Notes under the pieces: generated by a model
What the model was told of the DNA's origin: nothing
Database searches by the model: none
What the model saw: the letters and a program-made list of their open reading frames with translations, nothing else
Source: Selaginella moellendorffii
Lineage: Eukaryota; Plantae; Lycopodiophyta
Assembly (NCBI RefSeq): GCF_000143415.4
Contig: NW_003314305.1
Span: 619,709-683,708 of the forward strand
Direction of reading: 5' to 3'
Length of the DNA stretch: 64,000 bases
Translations under genes and position numbers: made by a program
Part shown: one piece after another, positions 51,711 through 64,000 of the stretch
How the letters are laid out: the number at the start of each line of letters is the position of its first letter
Position numbering within the stretch: the first letter of the stretch is position 1

Positions 51711-53500
51711 CTACATTTTGAGATAAGTAGTAACAAAAAAAAACAACAACGAATAACAACACCTTACTATATAATTACTATAATTGCATTGATTTATACA
51801 CATTAGCCACAAAATGCTAACATGCATTTGCTTCTCCATCATTTCTAAATGTAATGCTTATTTTGTATTACATTGTGAAGTCTGTTGGTTCAACTCAAAA
51901 GAAAGCTTATACCCTACCCAAGTTGCTTTTATGTTGATGAGATTCCTCAATTCTTTGCAAATCTTCTACAAGTCCTTTAACTTATAAATACTAGACCATC
52001 TTTCAGCATGCTGACTAGATTTTCATGGCACATTTCATTTACAAATACATTATATACCATTTCAGAGTCCCTACAATCCTCATTTCAAATCATGGTTACA
52101 CTTTCCTTGGGCAAGTCACACAATGGCTCCTCCAGCTCTTAGAGGTGCATGAAGAGTAGTAGTTACCACCCCAGTTGAATAGCTAAGCTAAGTCCAGCTT
52201 TAAGCTCGGGCATGGGATCTTCCCAAACTCAATGAGCAACACTGTGTAGCAACCAATCATGTGCAAGTACAAGGGACAGGGTGATCAATTCTGATGGGAT
52301 GACCTTTTCCCACTGGACAGTTTGTGATGCTAGGATTTTGCACCTTTTGCAAAATTCTCTCCCAGGTGGCTTGGGACTTTTTACTACTTTTCTACACTAT
52401 ATCATATATTCACCATATGCTTTATTCATCATTCAAGAAGCCATCCTGATGTTTGAGAGCATATTTACTCAAAGAATAATTTGAGAAAGAACAGACATTG
52501 TACCTCAAGTGCCACTGCAGCCAGTTCGAGCTCGTGATCAATCTTGGAAATCTTGCTTAAATCAGCATCCCCGGCCGAGGAGAGCCTAGGACGACCACGG
52601 GAAGCAGCCCTCTCCGGGAAAGCACCGGGCCGGACACAGCAGTCCGAACCAGAATCTACGTACTTGGTTCATCAGCTTCAACCTAGTTGTTGCAACGGCA
52701 CTTTGAATTTGAACTAAAAACAACATATAGACAGTATGTTGTGGTGCAAGCTCATCTAAGCCGGCATGGAGCACGACTAGTGTCCTCAACATGTTTAGTG
52801 CGAGCATTTTGATCACCAATTTGATTCCAAGAGAGAAAAACACTATACAGAAATCGCAACAACAACCGCCAGTTGTAGATTGTGATTATTCTCTGCAATC
52901 TGACGATGGAACAGCTCGAAACCATCATCTTCGCACTAACTCGGGAAGTCTTGGACGATTCACCACGCACTAGAAGATTGGGGGTTTTTTCTTAACTTTC
53001 TATTGACTTTCTATTGAGAACGCTGTTGCGCATCTACTGATGTGTTTGCTAACATACCTGAATATCGATGAACTCCTCTCGCTTGTAGTTGAAAAGAGCT
53101 TGAGAGGCTTGAGCGACCAAGCTTAAGCTTGCGACCTCTTCTCATATAACAAGAACTAAACAATGAAAGTCAAGCAGACCAAAACACTTTTTTTTTCCCC
53201 TGGAATCTTTTCACTTTGGAACGAGCTCGGGAACTTCCCTGCGACCATCACTCAGGCTGTTCATTTAGTGTGCAACCTCAGCATCTTGGAAAGGACAGGT
53301 GACATGTAGAAGTTTATTCCATTGTTAAAGTTATCGCTGACTGCCGCATCGTGAGCATGACTCACGAGATTGACGAAGATTTCTCTACAAGAAAATACGC
53401 GGGAGCTGGCTTCGTTGTGGCTTCATCTACACGACAATAAGAGTGACGCAGCAAGGTCAGTGTTCTCCCATTCTCGCAACAGCAGCAGCAAACGAGCAAG

Positions 53501-54943
53501 ATGGCAATGGCAGGTGGGTATTTCTCCCATCTCGGTTCGCTCATGGGCTTCATCATGATCCTCAACCAGATAGTTCCGCGCCACGTCTGGTTCCTTCTGG
53601 AGCTCAAGCTCAAGAGGTTTGTAACTTGGCTATGGTGGGAGACAGAGCTCTCAATCCCAGAGTACGTCCGCAACAACACCAACGAGATCTACGACCTGGT
53701 CGACCTCTACGTTGCTCACCTCACCGACACCAACACCAAGAGCTCGGCAAACAGGATCCAGTTCACGCGAGTGAAGAACGCCAGCAAGCCGAATTGCAAC
53801 CTCGCCAGGGGCGAGCGAGTGGAGGACAAGTTCAAAGGCGTCACATTCTCCTGGGTCTTCAACGTCACCGAGCCCTCCAACGGCAGAGGCTTCAGCTATT
53901 TTGATCGCAGTGGAGGAACACGCCGAGAGTACGTTGTCCAAGTTCACAGGAGGCACAAGTATACACTCTTGCCCGAGTACATGAGGGAAGTGATCAAGCT
54001 CGGAGAGAGCTTGAAGCACCAGAACCAAGACCGGCAGCTCTACACCAACATAGGAAAATCGGACGACTACAGGAACAAGCCGTGGAGATCGGTGCCTTTC
54101 AAGCATGCCTCGACGTTCTCGAGCCTGGCGCTGGATCCCGAGCTCAAGAACAAGATCGTCCAGGACCTGGATTCCTTCATGGCTGGTAAGGATTTCTTTG
54201 AGAGAGTTGGGAGGGCTTGGAAGCGGGGGTATCTCTTATACGGGCCTCCGGGGACTGGGAAGTCGTCACTCATCGCTGCCATAGCAAACTACACGCAGTA
54301 CGATGTCTATGACATGGAGCTAACGGAGGTGAAGAGCAATGCCGACTTGAGGAAGCTGCTCATGGGGATTTCCAACAAGGCGATCATCGTGATCGAGGAC
54401 ATTGACTGCTCGCTGGAGCTCAAGAAAAGGGGAAAGCCAGCCCCAGAGGAAGAAACCAGTGAAGAGTCCAAGGAGAAAGATGGAGCGTTGCCAGGGAAAC
54501 AAGCCAAGAAGAAAGATGAAGAGAGCAGCAGGGTCACACTTTCAGGGCTACTGAATTTCATCGATGGGCTGTGGTCTTGTAGCGGGAGCGAGAGGATCAT
54601 CATCTTTACGACAAATCACAAGGAAGATCTGGATCCCGCACTGCTGCGGTCGGGCAGGATGGACCTTCACATTTTGATGGGCTACTGTGGATTTGAGGCG
54701 TTCAAGGTGCTGGCGTGGACTCACCTTGAGATCTCGCAGAAGGGCGAGTTTGAGAAGGAGTTTGGAGAGATCGCGGAGCTGATCGCCAAGGTTGAGATCA
54801 CTCCTGCTGATATCGCGGAGGTGTTGATCCAGAACAGGAGGAACTCGAGAGGGGCTCTAGAGAAAGTGATTGAGGCTCTTCGGGAGCAGGCTGCAAAGAA
54901 AGATGAAGAAGAGGAGGGGGACGGTAAAAGCAAGCAGGAATGA
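53501..54943 (+). CDS. BCS1-like/ASD-type plant AAA ATPase (intronless)
   Basis: PFKHASTFSSLALDP, GRAWKRGYLLYGPPGTGKSS (Walker A), IIVIEDIDC (Walker B), VTLSGLLNFIDGLWS, FTTNH..LDPALLRSGRMD. Confidence 0.95.
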   Translation: MAMAGGYFSHLGSLMGFIMILNQIVPRHVWFLLELKLKRFVTWLWWETELSIPEYVRNNTNEIYDLVDLYVAHLTDTNTKSSANRIQFTRVKNASKPNCNLARGERVEDKFKGVTFSWVFNVTEPSNGRGFSYFDRSGGTRREYVVQVHRRHKYTLLPEYMREVIKLGESLKHQNQDRQLYTNIGKSDDYRNKPWRSVPFKHASTFSSLALDPELKNKIVQDLDSFMAGKDFFERVGRAWKRGYLLYGPPGTGKSSLIAAIANYTQYDVYDMELTEVKSNADLRKLLMGISNKAIIVIEDIDCSLELKKRGKPAPEEETSEESKEKDGALPGKQAKKKDEESSRVTLSGLLNFIDGLWSCSGSERIIIFTTNHKEDLDPALLRSGRMDLHILMGYCGFEAFKVLAWTHLEISQKGEFEKEFGEIAELIAKVEITPADIAEVLIQNRRNSRGALEKVIEALREQAAKKDEEEEGDGKSKQE

Positions 54944-55149
54944 TCAAACTTGCTTGCTCAAGGTTGATCAAGGTGCTTGCTGGCGTGGAGCCCACGTGGA
55001 ACTTCCGGGATTTATTCAAATGTTCTTTTCCCTCCAAAACTTACACTAATGAATGTTCCATCACTAAGCAATTTGTATTGTGACTTTAGCCAAAAAATTC
55101 CACTCGAAAACTATGTGGGAGATTACAATAAATGTTCCACACTCAAAAT

Positions 55150-56991
55150 CTATGTGGACGTTGACATTAGAGGGTATTTAACGCAAGTAGGATTGCAAGT
55201 TGGAAATCCACAATCTATATAGTGAGTTGACTGAGATCTTCCAAAATACCAATCTCCTACAGCTTTTGCTAATGACTGTAGAGCAAAGAAAAAAATATTA
55301 ATCACATAATTTAGATTTTATCTGGAAAAAAATTTATAAACCTTTCCATGTATTCTTGGTCTTGTCCATTTGATGTCTACCTCAAGTTGACAATGGCTAA
55401 AGCAAGAATCGATAAAGGTTCCCCAGCCTGCTCTAGATTGAGCATAGAAGAGACCATTCAGCAGATTTTGTCGGAATGCTTGAAAGTTCAAGATATGTTG
55501 TAATAAAAATGAGTTCATGAAATAATTATAGAGCTTCCTACCTTGCAAAGTTTTTGCATGGAAACAAAAAGAAGATTTCATGCAAGGGCTGTATTGCCTC
55601 CAGGAAATCTCTTTTACATTTTCAAGCTGTAGAAATTTGTTGAATAATAAGTTTGAAATTAAAAGGAGAATTACCTGCCAATTATCATATGCTGCATTAA
55701 CAAAAAACGTGGGCTGTCTTATGTAGCCCTGTGCTTGTTGTGGAAAGAAACACTAGGAAGGAAAATACTAACACTCAGATTAAGAAAAAAATTATAAATT
55801 AAAACCTGCACTGGATCTTTTGCCGAGGTACAAGCTCTAGCCAGAGTGTTTTGCAATTTCTGTTTTATGGCATATTAAGAAAATAAAACAAGATTATTAA
55901 GAAATTCCTGAAAAACCTGTAAATTCACCACTCCTTTGTAATAGTTGTACATGGCAAAGTTTCCTCTGATGCTTTGGCTGACAACTCAGGTGGGTGAGTT
56001 AAAATACAAATTTAAAGAGGAAATTACCCATTCACAAAGTAACCAGCATCACTCAAACATTTAACGTTGGCATTAGGTAGAAGATATTTGAACTCGTTAC
56101 AACGATGAACAACTCCAAGTCCTCCAGCAGAACACCCACTTAAAAGTGCCTATTAACCAACATAGAAATCAGCTAAATTATCAATTAGCAACCTGTTTAG
56201 CAGTGCTCAGTCCCTTGGTTTGCAGGTGCTTCACAACAGCTCTAAAAATTCTGAGTCCTCGAAAATATAGAGCCTGAAGAGAAACTAAAAAAGTATATGA
56301 ACACCAGCTTAAGAAAAATAATTATCTTAACTTGTCCAGACCAGTGCCTTACTGGAACAGCAACATCTGCACTGAAAGATCCTCCATCACAATAACGCAC
56401 ATATACATGGTTCCAGTTGTAGAAATCTTTTACAGCAAACAACATAATAATAATTAGGTGATTCATAAATTAATATCACTAACATACCTGGATTGGCAGA
56501 ATACTTGTTGCTAAGAATACCATTAAATAATATTTGATTGGACATGAGTTTCGAGCTTCCATGACTTGTCTTGGCTCGAGTGGCACAAGCGGATGAGCTT
56601 TCACACCAGCCTCCACCCTGTCATTCACATTCCTCCAATTTCAACTATACAGTATTAAATACACAAGATTGACTCACTTCCAAACGTATATGCCAGTTCT
56701 TCGCTCCAGAGCCAAAACCAGGCCTCAAATGATATGCTGGGGCGCTCCCATCCAAGCAAACTGCAAGAGAATTCATGGAACTTTGTTTGATCGAGAAAGG
56801 AAAAGCGCAAGAGAGAGACCTGCTCCAGATTGCCTGGCGTCTTGAAGAAGAGTGATGCCTACAGCATCTCCAGCTTTCTCCTGAGTGTAGTTTATAGCCT
56901 TCGTAAATGCCGCGTCTGGGAATGGGGTCAATCCAAACGAGAATCCAAATTGGAGGAGCAAACTTAGCAGAGCTGGAAATCTTATAAGCAT
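55150..56991 (-). CDS. Pectin acetylesterase (multi-exon, signal peptide)
   Basis: [19 protein letters not shown]...[67 protein letters not shown]. Confidence 0.92.
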
Positions 56992-57298
56992 TGCACTTTC
57001 GAAGAGAAGCACGAAAGCAAGCCAAACGCAAGAGAGGAAAGGATTCCTGGAAGAAGGATGAGAACAAATGAAACACCCGCTGGAAAGCACTGGCTAAATT
57101 CTATTCTTTCAGTCCACATCTAGTCTTTGGTGGAGAAAGGGACCGAATGAACGTCATGCCAACTTCCAAGAATGAAATAATTCTTTCTTAGCTTTGAAAT
57201 CTCTTGACAGTTTATATGTTACTAAAAGGTTGCCATGCACGGCATGGTTAAAATTTAATAATTGTTCCAAATAATCTTCGTGAAAATATAGTTAGTGA

Positions 57299-59314
57299 CT
57301 ACACAGGAGTAAGTATGTACATGGCTACATCGTGCGATTCAACTCTGGATGTAATACTGGAATTATACGTGCCCGTGCCTGGAAGCTCTTGACGCTAAGA
57401 AATTCACACCACTATTAGAAATCCTCCAAAGTTAATATAAAAATCGATGTTACGTACCTTCCAAACATCGCGGATCATCACTGAAACGTTACTAGGAATG
57501 CCAAGCGCAGCAAATTCGGCTGTGATATCAGCTGGATCACTGCCTCGATTGAGCATCAAGAGCGCAAATCTCCCGTTTGAGAGCGGGCCTCCCCACACCT
57601 GGATCAAAACTTGTGCATTTTCTTCTCCTCAATCACATCCACTCAAATTTACCTCTTGTTCTCCATCTCCCGCCACCTTTCTTCCTTGAACCCCTAGCGC
57701 ATCTATACAAAGACATAGAGAGAAAATGTACGGGCAAGAGAGAGGGATTTGGGCCTCACCTTGGTTGATTTGGATCACCTCTTTGTTCATGAGAATGGCC
57801 AGGTCCTGGGCCGCAATGTTCCGTACGTCGCAACCAATAATCAACGGTGCCTGTTCGTTTAGGTCAGATTCTTCCTTTCCCTCTCTTTTTTCCATTTGCC
57901 CTTACTTTCATGAGCGCCCACAAGCTGAAGTGCGTGCGCGATTCCTGGAAGCTCATGCCGCCATTGCCGATCTCCAGCATGTCCGGATCTGGTCGATCGA
58001 GGATTAGGCGCTCCAATCGAGGTAAGAAATCAAGGCATTCATGGATTATCGTGTACCATTCCATCCGCCCGGAGCGGCGTGCTCGGCCCACGCATTGTTC
58101 TTGTCCGCGATAGAAATCATCCTGCATTGTTTGTTTGGCGGAGTGATCGTTCTTTTGAGTGTAAAATCCTTCTTTTGGCCTTACGATTCCCATTTGTTCT
58201 GTATATCCCCGGTTGTTCTCCAGCTATTTCCGACGCTCGATGCCCATGTTGCTGGATCTTCCTGACCCCTGTCAACAAAAAAAATGGAAGAACTCAGCCG
58301 TCTCTCGCTTACATTTTTTTTTTCTCTTCGCAGTTTCTTACCATTCACACATTGAGAAGAAAATCGGCCGGCCTGCCGCACTAAGAGCGTCGCGCATTAT
58401 GGGGTATCTGTCCATCAAAGAAACGTAAGGATTCATTCTAGCCGAGCGATTTTTTATTACCGGATTCTCGGTGAGCTTCCATCGGTGTGACAATTGTCAT
58501 ACTTCAAGTAATCCACTCCCTGCGCAGCACAAAACTAACGCAACGTTTTGTCACGCAGGATCTACGTACCCATGCAGCAAAAGTTTTGGCGTCTTGATCT
58601 TCGTGATTCAAAGATCCTGGCTGTTCCTGGCACGTCAAGTATCTAAAGAATCAAGTTGATATAATCTGGTAAGCTCGTTTTTTACTTTCCAAAGTCTTAC
58701 CCAGCGTCCGAGTAAATCCCAAACTTGAGGTTCTTAGAATGCACGTAGTCAGCCAAGGCTTTGATTCCTGACGGGAATGTGGAGTTCCGTGCTTGAAGGT
58801 TTCCCTGCATTGAGAAGCAAAGTTACTAGCGAGAGTTTTAGCTGTAGAGATTTTTACCTCATTGTCTCGTGAAAGCTCCGCCCAGCAATCATCTAGATAT
58901 CAATTTTGTTAACTCGTTCGTGGCTCTTTGCAGGACCTTACCAATGTTTACATACTCGTAGCCAACATCTCTGAGGCCAGTAGACACAATCGCATCAGCT
59001 GTATAGAAAAAAAGAAGAAGAAGATCGATCAAACTGATACTATCAATCCTACGAGGTAAAGTTCTTTGCTACCGGTTGCTCGAATGATCTCCTCGTTGAT
59101 TCCACAGTGGAAGTAATTCCAGCTATTCCATCTGGCAAAACTCTACCTCAGCAGCAAGAAAAAACCAGGAACTCGAGAGAAAGAAGAGAGACCCCATTGG
59201 CGGTGTTCTTCCCAGCCCATTCTCCAGCAGCCGGTGACGCTCAAAAGAATCGCTGGATCGAACGAGATCCGTGAGAAGCAGCACCAGCAACACGAGATAA
59301 TTCTTGGCGGCCAT
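57299..59314 (-). CDS. Alpha-galactosidase (GH27), multi-exon, signal peptide
   Basis: [100 protein letters not shown]. Confidence 0.95.
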
Positions 59315-59712
59315 CGTTCTTGTTTCACGAGGTTTCGTCTTCTTTTTGTTGTTTGTCATGCCAGCCGGTTGATTCATGTGATTTTTGGAAGTAGTATGTG
59401 ACCCAGCGGAGCTGCCCATGCTTGACTTTAATAAATCTCGCAATCTAAGGTTGTAGTATAGCTATAAGAATTATAAGGGAATAAAGTATATTTTGAATAA
59501 TATAGTCTGGGAGTATTTTCTGTTTTGTGCTTCATTAATTAAAATTTGAGTGCTTAGTATTAATCATTATAGTTATAAATGTGGGAAAGAATTATAAGGG
59601 AATAAAATATATGCTTAGTGCAATACATAAATTTATATTAATTAAACTTTTCTTTGTAATTATATATAATAGTTATAATTATTCTTTTCTAGTTATCACC
59701 ACCTTTGTTCTT

Positions 59713-61443
59713 CTAGTAACTAAAAAGCATTGCCTCGGCGGTCTTGACAGCGCTGTCTTTGCCGGAGAATTTATCCACTATGGCGAGCGCAAACTCCATG
59801 GCCGTGCCCGGCCCCTGGCTCGTCGCAACCAATCCATCGATCACCACTCTCGCTTCCACCGCGCTCTGGTCCGAGAGCTTGCTCTGGAACGCTGGAAACG
59901 CCGTGGCTTTCTTTCCCTGCCAGGAAACCAGCTCAAGGAACAACACAAAAGCAAAGTCAAGAGTTTTGCGAGAAACTCACAGCGAGTATCTTGTTTGCTT
60001 CCAAAACGACTGCTGGAGAGGCACAGATGGCTCCGTAAACTCGGCTGTCTTTGGCCTGTCTCGCGAGTATGGATTGGAGCTCTTTGCTGTCCCTCAAGTG
60101 CTCTGCCCCAGGCATTCCACCCTGGAGAAGAGAATCAAAGTTTTCTCATACGGTCAGGCAAACCAAAGATGCTTACTGGCAAGAAGATCGCGTCAAAGTG
60201 AGCGGATGAAACTTCGCCGATGAGATTATCCGCCTCGATCTTCACTTTTCTCGATGCAACAATCTGTAACGTCTCCTCCACCGAGGCCACCACAACGCCC
60301 ATGCCAGCACGTCTTAGAACGTCGATGATTATCACGGCTTCCATCTCTTCAGAGCCGTTTGCTATCGGCACAAGAACCTGAAGAACGGATCAAAGAAACC
60401 GTCGATGAGGATCACGAGAAAAGTACCTGAGGCTTTGACGGTACTTTAGCTGCCCAAGCTGTTTGATTGAACTCTAATTTCGTCGGCTTTCCCTCGAGCA
60501 AAATCTGACCAAAACAAAACTTTGGAAGCTCAGAAAAAAAACGTGCGAGACAGCCTCCACCCACCAATCCCTTTGAAACTTCCTGTGTTTTTTCCTTGCC
60601 ATATAGCTGTTCAACTAAAGTGAGAGCAAACTCCATTGCAGTACCTGGACCTCGGCTTGTGACAACGAGCCCATCTTTCACAACTCTGGACTCTGCCGAG
60701 GATGGATCCGAGAGCTTGCTCACGAAACTTGGGTAGCATGTTGCCTGAGCAGAGAAACGTTAGAAAAACTCGTAAAACTGGTAAAAGCTCTCGCTAGATA
60801 GACTCGTTACCTTCAAGCCATTGAGAAGGCCCCACGATTCGAGCGCCACAGCCGGCGCCGCACAGATGGCAGCATAAGCTCGTTGTTCCTGAGCTTGACC
60901 TCGAGTTATGTCCTCGAGAGCTTTAGAATCACGCAAGTGTTCAGCTCCAGGCATCCCACCCTGAAACCAACCAAAAAAAAATCAGCTTTTGGGAACGAGG
61001 AGCAACGAAAACAACGTTCAACGTACAGGAAGAACAACAAGATCGTACTTTTCGTCCCCGCATTCCGATACGATCGCGTCCGCAACCAGCTTCACGCCTC
61101 TCGACGCCGTAACTTTGGGTTCCTGTCCGACAGAGGCCACAGTGACATGAGCTCCAGCTCGCCGGAGAACGTCGATGACAATCACGGCCTCCATTTCCTC
61201 CGTCCCATCCGCAACCGGCACAAGCACCTGAGACAAAGCGAACATAGATAATGCAAAGAACACACACACACACACAAGAAACAGTACCTTTTTCGGAGAC
61301 GCCATAGCAATAATTCTCACACACGACGAAGAACAGCTTCTTCTTCTTTTTGGGCGATCAGCGGAGAGGCCGAGATGCCCCCTCCCGCTAGAAAGCGCGA
61401 CGGCTCGGACGAGCCCAGGAGTGACAAGTGCCCTAACGGCCAT
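59713..61443 (-). CDS. DJ-1/PfpI family protein with two DJ-1 domains (DJ-1B-like), probable organellar transit peptide
   Basis: [50 protein letters not shown] and [14 protein letters not shown], repeated in a second domain. Confidence 0.93.
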
Positions 61444-61583
61444 TGGAGCACTGTTCGCTATACGTGGCCGATGCTCCAAGGGACAATAGAATAGAACGAA
61501 GCATCGAGCAAGCCGACCACCCTTGTTTTGTTTTGTAAACGATAAAGATCTGGAGAGACGAACACGCACTGTGAGCTCAGAGC

Positions 61584-63582
61584 ATGGATGCAGCGCTCAC
61601 AGCGGTGTACCTCTTTCTCTTTCACGCTGCTGCGCAGGATTTGTGTTCCAGGAAGTGCGGGAGCTTCACTGCCGACTATCCGTTTGGCTTCGATCGCGGA
61701 TGCGGGCCTCCGGAGTTTGAGCTCAACTGCAGCAGCGCAGGCAAGCCTCTCCTCCAGACCGTCGCTGGCCAGTTCGAGATCCTCGAGGCGACAGCAACGA
61801 CTTTGATCGTCGAAACTTCCAGGCTCAAGAGCAACTCGTGCACCGGAGCTGAGGCGTTCTTTGATGTCGGCTCCACTGCTCCATACACTCTGTCAGCAAA
61901 CAATGAGTTCTTCGCAAGAGGTTGTTCTGTAGAGGGTTCTTACACAGCAGATGCGGAGAGTACACAGCACTGTGAAACGGGCTGCCAACCCGGTCGCGAG
62001 CCGAATATCCGGAATCCTTTCTGTGAAGAACTCGAGTGCTGCATCCTGACTATTCCGTCTGGAAAACGCAGCGTTATCATCAAGAGCAGTGCTAACAACG
62101 GTACTAGCGACTGCGGCTACTCTAGCGTGATCTTTCCACCGAGCTACCAAGTAGTAACTTACGGGATTGAGTTGCTTTGGGCCATGCCAGGTAACTGCTC
62201 CACTTCTGCGCATCTGTGCTCTCTGAATGCTACGTGCTTGGATGCACCCCATCAACCTGGGTTTTTCAACTGCATTTGTAACACAGGATCAGGAAATGGC
62301 TTCTCGAATGGAACGGGCTGCTCAGGTAAGCAAAAAAATCTAGAATACCTTTCTTATCCCTCACCAGCACAAGATTCTTAAGTTGTTTTGTATAGCTGTA
62401 GTGGATCACTGTGCGAGCTCTCCCTGCTCGGAGGGAGCAATCTGCGTCAACGACCTAAACTCGTTTACATGCAAGTGTAGACAAGGATACAAAGGAAACG
62501 CTACCAGTGGCTGCAGGAAAACCGACGTCTTTCAGCACATCACGAGTGGACCTGTTCTTCTGGTCGTAGCTGCTGCGATACTAGCCGGCTCTATCTGCGT
62601 CTGCATCGTAAGAACGAAAAAGTTAGGCCGCAAGAAGGGCTTGTTTCCAAAGCTCGGAAGCCTCGCTCACCTCCAGCTCGAGTTCAAGCAGAACGCCACC
62701 TTCTTCTCCTTCGACGAGCTCTCGAGAGCAACGCAGAACTTCAAGGCCGAGCTCATGCTGGGAACCGGCAGCTTTGGCACAGTCTTCCAAGGAGTCCTGG
62801 ACGACGACACTCCAGTGGCGATCAAGAAAGCCAACAGCACCACAGGCCCCCGGATCCAGCAGTTCCTCAACGAAGTCACCATCCTCTCGCAGGTAAACCA
62901 CCGCAACCTCGTCAAGCTCCTCGGCTGCTGCCTGGAAACCGAAGTCCCACTCTTAGTCTTCGAGTTCGTCCCGAATGGAACTCTCTTCGAGCACTTACAG
63001 CACAGGAGATCTTCGATCCTCAGTTGGGAGAGACGCTTGCAAATCGCCATCGAGACCGCCGAGGCCATCTCCTATCTCCATTCCTCCGCGGCACAGCCGA
63101 TCTACCACCGCGACGTCAAGTCCACCAACATCCTCCTGGACGAGAAGTTCACTGCCAAGGTAGCGGACTTCGGGATATCGAAGTTAGTGAGCCTGGAAGC
63201 CACGCACGTCTCCACCACCGTGCATGGAACTCCAGGCTACATCGATCCACAGTACCAGCAAAACTATCAGCTTACCGACAAGAGCGACGTCTACAGCTTT
63301 GGAGTGGTGTTGCTGGAGCTCATCACGGGGCAAAAGCCTGTGGATTTCTCGCGGAACTCCTCGGACAAGAATCTCACCGCATTCTCGCTCGCTTACATCC
63401 AGAGCAGCCGGATCGAGGATATTATCGACAAGGGCCTGGAGCTGGGAGACGAGAGAGCCAAGATTTCGAGCATACAAGAGGTAGCAAACCTAGCGATCCG
63501 ATGCCTCGAGTTTAATCGGGAGAACAGGCCGGCGATGAGGAGTGTGGCCGAGGAGCTGATGAAGATCTCCGCCGCGTCGTGA
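61584..63582 (+). CDS. WAK: Wall-associated receptor kinase (GUB_WAK, EGF-like, TM, RD kinase), 2 exons
   Basis: CSRKCG...YPFG..GC, EGF-like cysteine spacing, TM segment, [57 protein letters not shown]. Confidence 0.94.
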
Positions 63583-63900
63583 TTGCCGCGATCAATCGCT
63601 CTGCCCATTTGAAATGCCAAACAAAGATCAAACTTTTTTAGGGCTCTTCAACACCTAGTTGCAAGAATATGCGGTGATAGCTCTCTCTTTTTTTCATTGT
63701 GATTTTCATTTGTATTAATTTAGATCAGTTCAAAGTAAAGTTAATGGGATGGAAGGGAATAAAAGCAAGTGTTACTTTTTCTTCTGTTATTTTCTTTGAA
63801 TGTTTCCAATAATAATGAAAGAACAGTGTCACCATTGTGGCAAATCTTTTATTTTATTAGATTTATTTAAAAGGGATAAACTGATTTGTGCTAATGCTCT

Positions 63901-63946
63901 AGAATCTTCTGGAATATCACCATTCTAGAATATTCTCGAATGTTCA
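63901..63946. promoter_or_regulatory. Heat-shock element cluster
   Basis: GAAtcTTCtgGAA (63902-63914) and a perfect 5-unit TTCtaGAAtaTTCtcGAAtgTTC (63923-63945). Confidence 0.7.
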
Positions 63947-64000
63947 TGGCTCTGTGGAGCAATCTCTTGGCCCCAGCATCGATCAAAAGTTTATTAGATC

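Noticed and set aside
51780-52980. Stop-riddled coding-like remnants
   Set aside because: No identifiable family; too decayed to call.
59440-59700. AT-rich spacer with a 20-bp direct repeat (aagaattataagggaataaa), possible MITE
   Set aside because: No clear terminal inverted repeats or TSD.

Overview
Gene-dense eukaryotic (land plant) window. Very short introns (about 50-70 nt), tiny intergenic spacers, S/SS-rich PLS PPR genes and Penelope-like RT relics are typical of a lycophyte such as Selaginella; the taxon is my inference. Recognisable genes in order: two tandem copies of an unknown gene family, TRAPPII subunit TRS120, RhoGDI, UQCC1/CBP3-type chaperone, a small ORF, AP-3 sigma, three tandem alpha-tubulins (the middle one a crossover chimera), SCYL2 pseudokinase, a coiled-coil gene, a candidate small secreted peptide with a W-box-packed promoter, one P-class and two PLS-E PPR genes, MED4, an unknown beta-rich ORF, a BCS1-like AAA ATPase, pectin acetylesterase, GH27 alpha-galactosidase, DJ-1 and a WAK kinase. 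The region 32.6-45.1 kb is a nest of decayed Penelope-like retroelements, one split by a 2.76-kb solo LTR with a 5-bp TSD. The region 45.1-49.4 kb is a deletion-riddled, inverted and circularly permuted copy of the 22.5-30.2 kb gene block between ~600-bp inverted repeats. Orphan gene fragments (alpha-tubulin, katanin p60, PPR) are scattered through the window. Best novelty candidates: the W-box-driven IDA/PIP-like peptide gene, the permuted inverted duplication, the unknown tandem family with a possible restriction-endonuclease-like fold, and the antisense tubulin fragment that supplies a stop codon and 3' region to that family. All homology calls come from recognising motifs by eye, not from database searches.
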